Shown here: piece by piece, positions 45,486 through 53,954 of the stretch | Numbering within the stretch: the stretch's first letter is position 1 | How the letters are laid out: every line of letters starts with the position of its first letter | NCBI GenBank assembly: GCA_046091145.1 | Contig: JBJTBF010000058.1 | Span: 4,876 to 68,875 of the forward strand | Length of the DNA: 64,000 bases | Reading direction: 5' to 3' | Source of the DNA: Acidimicrobiales bacterium | GTDB taxonomy: Bacteria > Actinomycetota > Acidimicrobiia > Acidimicrobiales > Ilumatobacteraceae | Position numbers and translations under genes: made by a program | The notes under the pieces: model-generated | What the model saw: only the letters and a program-made list of their open reading frames with translations | Told to the model about the DNA's origin: nothing | Database searches by the model: none

Positions 45486-46865
45486 GTGACCGCCGTGGAG
45501 GGCACCAGCGCAGCAGGCAGAACCGTGCTGGAACTGCAGCACAAGGTGCCCGGCGCGGTCGAGGCGAGCGTGCGCGAACTGCCCTCGGGCCGGCGCGTGG
45601 TGTGGGTGGAGGTCGACGGGTCGTACCACCGCGGTGCACTGTCGGCGGACGCTTCTCAGGTGATTGCCGTGGCCGCGACGACCGCCCGCACGAAGGGGAT
45701 GCCCCTGGTGGGCAAGTTCGCCTCGTCGGGCGCGGAGATTCGCGAGGGCATTGCCGCACTGCACGGATGGGGCACGGCCGCCAAGGCACTGGCCGACTGT
45801 TCCGGGGTGGTGCCGGTCCTGTGCATCGTCGACGGCCCGGCGGTGTCGGGCCCTGCCCTTCTCATCGGGCTCGCCGACCTCGTGGTGATGACCGAGGATG
45901 CATACGCGTTCGTGAGCGGCCCCACGATGGTGGAGGAGTTCACCGGCGTCGCGGTGTCCACCGACGAACTCGGCGGCGCGCACACGAACGCGCGGCAGAG
46001 CGGCGCGGCATCCGCCGTCGTGGCCGACGTGGCAGCGGCGACGGCCTGGGTCGACGAAGTGCTGCAGTTCCTTCCCGACAACGTGAACCAGCTTCCCGCC
46101 GTGTCCCCCACTTCCGACCCCGACGACCGGCCCACCCCGGAGGCCGGCGAACTCCTGCCCGTCACCGCGACCGGCAGCTACGACGTGCGCCACGTGATCG
46201 AGTCACTCGTGGACGACGGGTACCACTTCGAGACACGTGCACGGTGGGCCACGAACGTGGTGACCACGTTCGCGACCGTTGCGGGGTACCCGGTCGGGAT
46301 CGTGGCGAACCAGCCGATGTCGCTCGCGGGCACCCTCGACATCCCCGCATCACAGAAGGCGGCCCGCTTCGTGTCGTTCTGCGACGCCTTCAACATCCCC
46401 CTCCTCACGCTCGTCGACACGCCGGGCTTCTACCCCGGCAAGGACCTCGAGTGGCGCGGCATGATCCGCCACGGTGCTCAACTGGTGTTCGCCTACGGGC
46501 GTGCCTCGGTGCCGCGGGTGTGCGTGATCCTGCGCAAGTCGTACGGCGGTGCCTACATCGTGATGGACTCCAAGCGCATGGGGAACGACCTCTGTCTCGC
46601 CTGGCCCGGTGCCGAGCTGGCGGTGATGGGGGCAGGGCAGGCATCGGCCATCCTGCAGCGCAGGGCCGACCCGGAAGAGAAGGCCGAGTTCGAGCGTGAC
46701 TACGCCGAGCGACTGCTGAACCCCTACGTGGCGGCCGAACGGGGCTACGTGGACGCGGTGGTGGAACCGACCGACACCCGTCGCGAGATATGTGCGGCGC
46801 TTCACATGCTGCGCGACAAGCGCGAGCTCCTCGTGTCGCGCAAGCATGACAACACTCCCCTCTGA
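45486..46865 (+). CDS. acyl-CoA carboxylase carboxyltransferase (beta) subunit-like protein
   Basis: C-terminal half is canonical (PLLTLVDTPGFYPGKDLEWRGMIRHGAQL, RKSYGGAYIVM). The N-terminal half is recognisable but divergent. Start trimmed to GTG 45486. Confidence 0.8.
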   Translation: MTAVEGTSAAGRTVLELQHKVPGAVEASVRELPSGRRVVWVEVDGSYHRGALSADASQVIAVAATTARTKGMPLVGKFASSGAEIREGIAALHGWGTAAKALADCSGVVPVLCIVDGPAVSGPALLIGLADLVVMTEDAYAFVSGPTMVEEFTGVAVSTDELGGAHTNARQSGAASAVVADVAAATAWVDEVLQFLPDNVNQLPAVSPTSDPDDRPTPEAGELLPVTATGSYDVRHVIESLVDDGYHFETRARWATNVVTTFATVAGYPVGIVANQPMSLAGTLDIPASQKAARFVSFCDAFNIPLLTLVDTPGFYPGKDLEWRGMIRHGAQLVFAYGRASVPRVCVILRKSYGGAYIVMDSKRMGNDLCLAWPGAELAVMGAGQASAILQRRADPEEKAEFERDYAERLLNPYVAAERGYVDAVVEPTDTRREICAALHMLRDKRELLVSRKHDNTPL

Positions 46866-46975
46866 CCACCTGCAGCCCACCGGGGGAATGTGGGGCGGAT
46901 GGGCCGATGGCCTAGTCTGAACCGTGGGGAAAACAGCCCCGCACCCACATAGTCAGTAATCGAAGGGGATCCCAC

Positions 46976-48244
46976 GTGGCTGACACCATCACCATCATCG
47001 ATGACCGAACCGGAAAGAAGGTCACGGTGCCGATCAACGGGGGGACGTTCTCCTCGGCCGCACTCCGGGAACTCGACCCGGGTCTCTTCATGTACGACCC
47101 GGCGTACCTGTCGACTGCGGCATGTGCGAGCGCCATCACGTACCTCGACGGCGACAACGGCGTGCTCCGCTACCGCGGCTACCCGATCGAGCAGCTGGCC
47201 GAGAAGTCGACGTTCCTCGAGGTGGCCTACCTGCTCCTGAACGGTGATCTGCCCACACCGGCACAGATGGACGGCTGGGTGCACGACGTGACCCACCACA
47301 CGCTGATCCACGAGAACATGCGCAAGCGGTTCGTTGATGGCTTCCACTACGACGCCCACCCCATGGGCATGTTCATCTCGGCGACCGCCGCTCTCGGCAC
47401 CTTCTATGACGACGCGAAGTACATCTTCGATTCGGCCTCGCTCGAGAAGCAGACCATGCGGCTCATCGCCAAGGTCCCCACCATCGCGGCGATGTGCCAC
47501 CGCTTCAGCCAGGGCCTCCCCTTCGTTCTGCCGAACAACTCCATGTCGTACGCCCAGAACTTCCTGAACATGATGTTCAAGATCGGCGACAACTACGAGG
47601 TCGACCCCGTGCTGGCGCGGGCCATGGACATCCTGTTCATCCTCCACGCCGACCACGAGCAGAACTGCGGCACGACCGCGATGCGCGTGGTGAGCTCGGC
47701 CCACAGTGACCCCTACACCGCCACTGCAGCAGCCGCCGCCGCCCTGTACGGGCCGCTGCACGGCGGCGCGAACGAGGCCGTAGTGCGCATGCTCACCGAG
47801 ATCGGCAACATCGAGAACGTGCCCACCTTCATCGAGGAGGTCAAGGGTGGCTCCGGCCGGCTCATGGGGTTCGGCCACCGCGTGTACAAGAACTTCGACC
47901 CGCGTGCGACCATCATCAAGAAGACCGCTTACGAGGTGTTCGAGGTCACCGGGAAGAACCCGCTGCTCGACGTGGCACTGAAGCTCGAAGAGGTCGCCCT
48001 CAGCGACGACTACTTCAAGTCACGCAAGCTCTACCCCAACGTGGACTTCTACTCGGGCCTGATCTACCAGGCACTCGGGTTCCCCGTCGACATGTTCACC
48101 GTGCTGTTCGCCATCCCCCGCACCGTCGGCTGGCTGGCCCACATGAAGGAACTGCTCGGCGACAAGGAGCAGAAGATCAGCCGCCCGCGCCAGTGGTACA
48201 TCGGCCCCGATGCCCGCGACTGGGTGGAGCCCGCAAGGCGCTGA
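46976..48244 (+). CDS. gltA: citrate synthase (type II, hexameric-type length)
   Basis: GVLRYRGYPIEQLAEKSTFLEVAYLLLNGDLP.., HADHEQNCGTTAMR, GFGHRVYKNFDPRA. GAAGGGGA Shine-Dalgarno before GTG 46976. Confidence 0.95.
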   Translation: MADTITIIDDRTGKKVTVPINGGTFSSAALRELDPGLFMYDPAYLSTAACASAITYLDGDNGVLRYRGYPIEQLAEKSTFLEVAYLLLNGDLPTPAQMDGWVHDVTHHTLIHENMRKRFVDGFHYDAHPMGMFISATAALGTFYDDAKYIFDSASLEKQTMRLIAKVPTIAAMCHRFSQGLPFVLPNNSMSYAQNFLNMMFKIGDNYEVDPVLARAMDILFILHADHEQNCGTTAMRVVSSAHSDPYTATAAAAAALYGPLHGGANEAVVRMLTEIGNIENVPTFIEEVKGGSGRLMGFGHRVYKNFDPRATIIKKTAYEVFEVTGKNPLLDVALKLEEVALSDDYFKSRKLYPNVDFYSGLIYQALGFPVDMFTVLFAIPRTVGWLAHMKELLGDKEQKISRPRQWYIGPDARDWVEPARR

Positions 48245-48259
48245 CCGGCCGGCTCTTGA

Positions 48260-49246
48260 CTAGTCGGTCGCGACGACCACCACGATTTTGCCCACGTTGG
48301 CGTTCGACGCCATCAGTTCATGCGCGGTGGCGATGTCACCGAGGCGGTACTGGCAGTCGATCACCGGCTTCAGCGTGCCGTCATCGAAGAGCGGCAGCAT
48401 CTCCGCCGCGAACCTGCGGCTGACGGCGATCTTCTCCTCGGTGGGCCGCGCGCGCAGCACCGTGCCCGTGATGGAGGCCCGCTTGCCGAGCAGTGCCCCC
48501 ACGTTGAACGGCACCGGCTTGCCGGCCATCACGCCCACCTGGATGATGCGGCCCTTCACGGCGAGCGAGGCCACGTTGCGCTCCACGTAGTCCCCGCCGA
48601 TCACGTCGAGGATCACGTCGACACCCGCACCACCGGTGGCGGCGAGGGCGGCCTGCACGAAGTCCTCGCTTCCGTAGTCGACCACCACGTCGGCACCGAG
48701 CTCACGGCATGCCTCGACCTTTCCTTCCGAGCACGTGACGATGACCCGCGCACCGATCGCATGGCAAATCTGTATGGCGGCCGTGCCCACGCCGGATGCC
48801 CCCGCATGCACCATGGCCCAGCGACCCGCGGTCAGGCCGCCCTGCAGCACCAGTGCGTCCCACGCGGTGATGAACACCTCGGGTATCGCTGCGGCCTGCG
48901 ACAGGTGCATCCCGGCGGGAACGGCCAGCGACTGACGCTCGTGCACCACCAGCTTCTCGGCGTACGCGCCACCTGACACGATCCCCATCACGGCGTCACC
49001 CGGCCGCCACATGCTGACGCGCGGTCCGCAGGCCTCCACGGTGCCGGCGAACTCGAGACCCGGGATCTCCGCCTCTGACGGGAACGGGTTCGGGTACATG
49101 CCCATGCGCTGCAGGAGATCGGCGCGGTTCAGTGCGGTTGCGTGCACACGCACCAGCACCTCCTCGGGGCCCGGAACAGGGTCGGGCACCTCGCGGATGA
49201 CGAGCACCTCGGGCCCACCGTGCTCGGTGAGAACGACGGCCCTCAC
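48260..49246 (-). CDS. qor: NADPH:quinone oxidoreductase / zinc-type alcohol dehydrogenase superfamily
   Basis: VRAVVLTEHGGPEVL..VRVHATALNRADLLQRMG..HAGASGVGTAAIQ. Start trimmed to GTG 49246. Confidence 0.85.
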   Translation of the reverse strand: MRAVVLTEHGGPEVLVIREVPDPVPGPEEVLVRVHATALNRADLLQRMGMYPNPFPSEAEIPGLEFAGTVEACGPRVSMWRPGDAVMGIVSGGAYAEKLVVHERQSLAVPAGMHLSQAAAIPEVFITAWDALVLQGGLTAGRWAMVHAGASGVGTAAIQICHAIGARVIVTCSEGKVEACRELGADVVVDYGSEDFVQAALAATGGAGVDVILDVIGGDYVERNVASLAVKGRIIQVGVMAGKPVPFNVGALLGKRASITGTVLRARPTEEKIAVSRRFAAEMLPLFDDGTLKPVIDCQYRLGDIATAHELMASNANVGKIVVVVATD

Positions 49247-49250
49247 GGCG

Positions 49251-50468
49251 TCAGGCCATCTTCTGCTGGAGACGGCGGTCGAGTGCCGCGAGGTAGTCCT
49301 CGGTGGTGAGCCACGGCTGGTCACGCGACACGAGGATGGAGAGGTCCTTCGTCATCTCGCCGGCCTCGACGGACTCCACGCACACTCGCTCGAGCTTCTC
49401 GGCGAAGTCCATCAGCTTGGCGTTGTTGTCGAGCTTGCCGCGGTGCTTGAGGCCGCCCGTCCATGCGTAGATCGACGCGATGGGGTTCGTGGAGGTCTTG
49501 TTGCCCTTCTGGTGCTCGCGGTAGTGGCGCGTGACGGTGCCGTGCGCAGCCTCCGCCTCGACGGTGCGGCCGTCGGGCGTCATGAGAACCGACGTCATGA
49601 GGCCGAGCGAGCCGAAACCCTGGGCCACGGTGTCGGACTGCACGTCACCGTCGTAGTTCTTGCAGGCCCACACGTAGCCGCCCTCCCACTTCATGGCACA
49701 TGCGACCATGTCGTCGATGAGTCTGTGCTCGTACGTGATGCCGGCCTTCTCGAACTCGGCGCGGAACTCGGCCTCGAAGACCTCCTCGAAGAGATCCTTG
49801 AACTGGCCGTCGTAGGCCTTGAGGATCGTGTTCTTCGTGCTCATGTACACGGGGTACCTGCGGGCGAGGCCGTAGCGGAACGATGCGCGTGCGAAGTCAC
49901 GGATGGAGTCGTTGAAGTTGTACATGCCCATGGTGACACCGCCGTCCTTGCCGAACTTCGCGATCTCCATCTGCACCGGCTCGCCGCCTTCGGCGGGCGT
50001 GTAGGTGATGGTGACCGTGCCGGCACCGGGCACCTTGAAGTCGGTGGCCTTGTACTGGTCGCCGTGGGCGTGACGGCCGATGACGATGGGCTTCGTCCAG
50101 CCGGGCACGAGCCGCGGGATGTTGGAGCAGATGATGGGCTCACGGAACACGACACCGCCGAGGATGTTGCGGATCGTGCCGTTCGGGGACTTCCACATCT
50201 TCTTCAGGCCGAACTCCTCGACACGGGCCTCGTCGGGGGTGATGGTGGCGCACTTCACGCCCACGCCGTGCTTGAGGATCGCGTTCGCGGAATCGACGGT
50301 GACCCGGTCGTCGGTGGCGTCACGGTGCTCGATGCCGAGGTCGTAATACTCGAGGTTCACGTCGAGGTACGGCAGGATCAGGCGGTCCTTGATGAACTTC
50401 CAGATGATGCGTGTCATCTCGTCGCCGTCGAGCTCCACGACCGGATTGTCAACCTTGATCTTCGCCAC
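49251..50468 (-). CDS. icd: NADP-dependent isocitrate dehydrogenase, eukaryote-like homodimeric type
   Basis: [63 protein letters not shown], near-colinear with cytosolic/mitochondrial IDH1/2-type enzymes. GTG start with a GAAAGGGA Shine-Dalgarno. Confidence 0.95.
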   Translation of the reverse strand: MAKIKVDNPVVELDGDEMTRIIWKFIKDRLILPYLDVNLEYYDLGIEHRDATDDRVTVDSANAILKHGVGVKCATITPDEARVEEFGLKKMWKSPNGTIRNILGGVVFREPIICSNIPRLVPGWTKPIVIGRHAHGDQYKATDFKVPGAGTVTITYTPAEGGEPVQMEIAKFGKDGGVTMGMYNFNDSIRDFARASFRYGLARRYPVYMSTKNTILKAYDGQFKDLFEEVFEAEFRAEFEKAGITYEHRLIDDMVACAMKWEGGYVWACKNYDGDVQSDTVAQGFGSLGLMTSVLMTPDGRTVEAEAAHGTVTRHYREHQKGNKTSTNPIASIYAWTGGLKHRGKLDNNAKLMDFAEKLERVCVESVEAGEMTKDLSILVSRDQPWLTTEDYLAALDRRLQQKMA

Positions 50469-50519
50469 GGGGTCCCTTTCGTCGGGTGCTGCACGTGCGC
50501 TTCAGGGAGCAACCGGCAA

Positions 50520-50540
50520 CTTGTATCAGACTTGTACACA
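50520..50540. promoter_or_regulatory. candidate operator shared with the acn region (site A, icd/ACAD spacer)
   Basis: cttgtatcagacttgtacaca matches site B in 19 of 23 aligned columns. It has an 11-nt-spaced direct repeat CTTGTAT/CTTGTAC. Confidence 0.5.
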
Positions 50541-50566
50541 ATAGCGCAGCGCTGTGGGCCGACTCC

Positions 50567-50572
50567 TACGAT
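50567..50572 (+). promoter_or_regulatory. -10 box for the leaderless acyl-CoA dehydrogenase gene
   Basis: TACGAT, 7 nt before ATG 50580. Confidence 0.4.
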
Positions 50573-50579
50573 TGCGCCG

Positions 50580-51680
50580 ATGGACGTCGCCTGGACCCCC
50601 GAGCAGGAGGCGCTCCGAAAGCAGGCCCGCAAGGTCGCGGCCGAGGCGGTGGCCCGCTACGGCCGGCACAACGACTGCTGGATGAACGGCTACTCGAAGG
50701 AGTTCTCCCGCGAGCTCGCGGCCCTCGGCTGGATCGACATGACATGGCCAACGGAGTTCGGCGGCGGCGGACGGCCGCCGATCGACCGGCTCATCGTGGG
50801 CGAGGAGATGATCAAGGCCGGTGCCCCCATCGCGGCCAGCTGGTTCGGTGACCGCCAGATGGGCCCGGCCCTCATCCAGTACGGCACGAAGGAGCAGCAG
50901 GAACGCTTCCTGCCGCAGATTCTCTCCGGCGAGACCACCTGGTGCATCGGCATGTCGGAGCCGAACTCGGGCAGCGACCTCGCGTCGCTGAAGACGAATG
51001 CACGCGACGACGGCGATGAATGGGTGATCAACGGCCAGAAGATCTGGACCAGTTTCGGTGCCGATGCCGACTACTGCTACCTCATCTGCCGCACCTCGAA
51101 CGACGGGCCGCCGCATGCAGGAATCAGCGAGATCATCGTGCCGATGGACACCCCGGGCATCGAGGTGCGCCGCATCACCGACATGACGACGAACCGTCAC
51201 TTCTGCGAGGTGTTCTACACAGACGTGCGAGTGCCGAAGGAGAACATCGTCGGCCGCGAGGGCGGTGCGTTCGGCCAGACCATGCGCCAGCTCGAGCACG
51301 AGCGTGGCGGCATCGACCGACTGGTGTCGAACTACTCCTACTACGAGCACGCGAAGGCGCGCGCCGACATGAGCGACCCTTCGGTGCGCCAGGAGGTCGC
51401 CGCCATCGAGGCTGGCTACATCATCGGGCGCATCCTCGTGGTGCGCGAGGTGCTGCGCCAGGCACCCGCCGGCTTCTCCGCGGCAACGAAGTGCTTCTGC
51501 ACCGAGCACGAACAGCGCGTGGCCGACTTCGCCTCGCGTGTGCTCGGCATGGAGACCACCCTGTGGACCGACTGGACCAAGGACTGGCTCTACTTCCCGG
51601 GCTACACGATCATGGGCGGCACCTCGAACGTGATGCGCAACATCCTCGGTGAGCGCGTGCTCGGGCTCGCGAAGGGCTGA
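50580..51680 (+). CDS. acyl-CoA dehydrogenase family protein
   Basis: WCIGMSEPNSGSDLASLKT.., INGQKIWTSF, C-terminal TIMGGTSNVMRNILGERVLGL. Start trimmed to ATG 50580. Confidence 0.88.
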   Translation: MDVAWTPEQEALRKQARKVAAEAVARYGRHNDCWMNGYSKEFSRELAALGWIDMTWPTEFGGGGRPPIDRLIVGEEMIKAGAPIAASWFGDRQMGPALIQYGTKEQQERFLPQILSGETTWCIGMSEPNSGSDLASLKTNARDDGDEWVINGQKIWTSFGADADYCYLICRTSNDGPPHAGISEIIVPMDTPGIEVRRITDMTTNRHFCEVFYTDVRVPKENIVGREGGAFGQTMRQLEHERGGIDRLVSNYSYYEHAKARADMSDPSVRQEVAAIEAGYIIGRILVVREVLRQAPAGFSAATKCFCTEHEQRVADFASRVLGMETTLWTDWTKDWLYFPGYTIMGGTSNVMRNILGERVLGLAKG

Positions 51681-51682
51681 CC

Positions 51683-53005
51683 GTGGCCGACCTTCTCGCC
51701 CTGTCGACGAAGGTGATCGACTCCGGCGTCGCCGACGGCCCGGTGAACCGCACCAGCGGGGAGCTCTCCGAGGTTGCCGACGGCCTCGCCATGGTGGAGT
51801 CCTTCAGCCACACCGTGGCGTGGGACTCGGGTGAGGGACTCGTGTGCTTCGATGCGAGTCACTACAACTCCGGTGCAGCAATCGTCTCCGAGCTGGCGAA
51901 ATGGCGACCGGGGCGCATCCGCACGCTCGTGTACACGCACGGCCACATCGACCACGTGGGCGGCAGCGGCGCGTTCGCCGCGCACAACCGCGACAACGGC
52001 CACGGCGCCCTGCGGGTCGTGGGCCACGAGAACGTCCAGCGTCGCTTCGACCGCTACCGCGCCACCGACGCCTGGAACCAGTTGATCAATGCGCGGCAGT
52101 TCGGCGGTGTGCGTGACGACCTCGGCATGGTGAACGACCTCCGCCCTGCCGGCGGCGGCCGCAGGCTGGGGTTCTTCCTGCCGCCCGACACAGCCGATGT
52201 CACCGACGTGGTGGGCGACTTCACCGTCGACACCATCGGCGGCACCACGCTCGAGTACCACCACGGCAAGGGCGAGACCGACGACCACCTGTGGACATGG
52301 TTCCCCGAGAAGAAGTGGGTCGCCACGGGCGACTTCGTGATCTGGAACTTCCCGAACGCCGGCAACCCGCAGAAGGTGCAGCGCTGGCCGATCGAGTGGG
52401 CCGCCACGCTGCGGCGCATCATCGAGAAGCGACCCGAACTGCTGCTGCCGGCGCACGGCCTGCCGATCACCGGCCGCGACCGCATCGCGCGGGTGCTCGA
52501 CGAGATCGCCACCGCACTCGAGAACCTCGTGCGTGACGTGCTGGAGATGATGAACGCCGGTGCGACCCTGGACGAGATCGTGCACACCGTGCGCGTCCCC
52601 GCCGACACGCTCGCGCGGCCCTACCTGCGCCCGCTGTACGACGAACCCGAGTTCGTGGTGCGCGGCGTGTGGCGCCAGTTCGGAGGCTGGTGGGACGGCG
52701 CGGCGTCACGCCTGAAGCCCGCCCCCGATGCGGCCGTGGGGGCAGAGATTGCATCGCTTGCCGGCGGCGCCGACGTGCTCGTGCGCCGTGCCCTCGAGAT
52801 CGCCACGGCCGGCAACCTGCGCCTCGCCTGTCACCTCGCCGATCTCGCGGGGTGGGCCGAGCCCGGGAACCCGGAGATCCACGAGGTGCGCGCAGCCGTC
52901 TACGAGATGCGGCGGAAGTCCGAGAGCTCACTCATGGCCAAGGGCATCTTCAAGGGTGCGGCCCGTGAGTCCGAGGCCGTCGTGAAGCGCGCGCAGGAAT
53001 CCTGA
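51683..53005 (+). CDS. MBL-fold hydrolase with alkyl-sulfatase-type dimerisation domain (no SCP2 tail)
   Basis: YTHGHIDHVGG (HxHxDH) and LYDEPEFVVRGVWRQFGGWWDG, typical of the SdsA1/Bds1 family. GTG 51683 lies 2 nt after the ACAD stop. Confidence 0.75.
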   Translation: MADLLALSTKVIDSGVADGPVNRTSGELSEVADGLAMVESFSHTVAWDSGEGLVCFDASHYNSGAAIVSELAKWRPGRIRTLVYTHGHIDHVGGSGAFAAHNRDNGHGALRVVGHENVQRRFDRYRATDAWNQLINARQFGGVRDDLGMVNDLRPAGGGRRLGFFLPPDTADVTDVVGDFTVDTIGGTTLEYHHGKGETDDHLWTWFPEKKWVATGDFVIWNFPNAGNPQKVQRWPIEWAATLRRIIEKRPELLLPAHGLPITGRDRIARVLDEIATALENLVRDVLEMMNAGATLDEIVHTVRVPADTLARPYLRPLYDEPEFVVRGVWRQFGGWWDGAASRLKPAPDAAVGAEIASLAGGADVLVRRALEIATAGNLRLACHLADLAGWAEPGNPEIHEVRAAVYEMRRKSESSLMAKGIFKGAARESEAVVKRAQES

Positions 53006-53018
53006 GCAGCCCCAGCCC

Positions 53019-53855
53019 TCAGGACAGAACGATCAGCGTCAGTGCCGCACCCGCGAGTGCGATGCCGAGAAGTTGTGACCGGTGCACCCGCTCCCGGTCG
53101 ATGCCGATGGCGAGCACCATCGTGGCCGCCGGGTACAGGGTGACGATCACCGACACCACCGACAGAAGACCCTCCCGCACCGCCAGCACGTAGAACCAGT
53201 TCGCCAGGCTGTCGAGGATTCCCGAGCCGAGCACGAACACACGGCGCTCGCGCACACCCGCGAACGACGGACGTGTGGCGGCAATCAGCAACAACATGAA
53301 CGGGGTCGACACGAACCGCATGATCAGCACCGGCCACACGCCGGTGCCGTCGCCGGTCTGGTGGAGGAACACGAGGATCAGGCCGAACGCCGCACCCCCG
53401 GCAGCACCGAGCAGCACGACCCGCGTCGGTGCACGATGGTGGCCCGGCCCCAGCACGTCGCTGATGAGCGCGATCGCCACGAGCGCGAGCACAACACCCA
53501 CCACGGCGCCGGCCGCAGGACGCTCCCCGATGGCGAACCCGACACCGAGAGGAATCGATGCGTTCATCACCGCTGTCACGGGTGCCACCACCGTCATGTG
53601 GCCGCTGCTCATCGCGGTGTAGAACGCAAGCAGCCCGGTGGAGCCGGCGAGACCGGCGAGGGCACTCCACATCCAGTCGGACGCACCCGGGACAGCGATC
53701 CCCGACGTGAGCGCGGCGACCCCGAGAATCACCAGGCCGGCGAGCTGGCCGACGAAGGTGACCACCACTGCGGGAATGTGCCGGGTGGCGCGGCCCCCCA
53801 ACCAGTCGGCGGTGCCGTAGGTGCATGCCGTCAGCAGCGCGAGAAGGACAGCCAT
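53019..53855 (-). CDS. EamA/DMT family transporter
   Basis: 278 aa with a 10-TM profile and duplicated EamA halves. ATG 53855 lies 1 nt after the tRNA-Val CCA end. Confidence 0.8.
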   Translation of the reverse strand: MAVLLALLTACTYGTADWLGGRATRHIPAVVVTFVGQLAGLVILGVAALTSGIAVPGASDWMWSALAGLAGSTGLLAFYTAMSSGHMTVVAPVTAVMNASIPLGVGFAIGERPAAGAVVGVVLALVAIALISDVLGPGHHRAPTRVVLLGAAGGAAFGLILVFLHQTGDGTGVWPVLIMRFVSTPFMLLLIAATRPSFAGVRERRVFVLGSGILDSLANWFYVLAVREGLLSVVSVIVTLYPAATMVLAIGIDRERVHRSQLLGIALAGAALTLIVLS

Positions 53856-53856
53856 C

Positions 53857-53933
53857 TGGTGGGCACGACGGGACTCGAACCCGGGACCTCCACCGTGTCA
53901 TGGTGGCGCTCTAACCAACTGAGCTACGCGCCC
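53857..53933 (-). tRNA. tRNA-Val (anticodon GAC), CCA encoded
   Basis: Minus strand reads gggcgcgtagctcagttggttagagcgccaccatgacacggtggaggtcccgggttcgagtcccgtcgtgcccacca. Anticodon loop is atGACac. Confidence 0.92.
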
Positions 53934-53954
53934 GCTAAGGGAACCCGCAGGCTA

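Noticed and set aside
15925-53933. The two tRNA-Val genes as integration sites of genomic islands.
   Set aside because: There is no integrase or recombinase gene adjacent to either tRNA. I could find no direct repeat of a tRNA 3' segment by eye. The flanking genes look like core metabolism with the same composition as the rest of the window.
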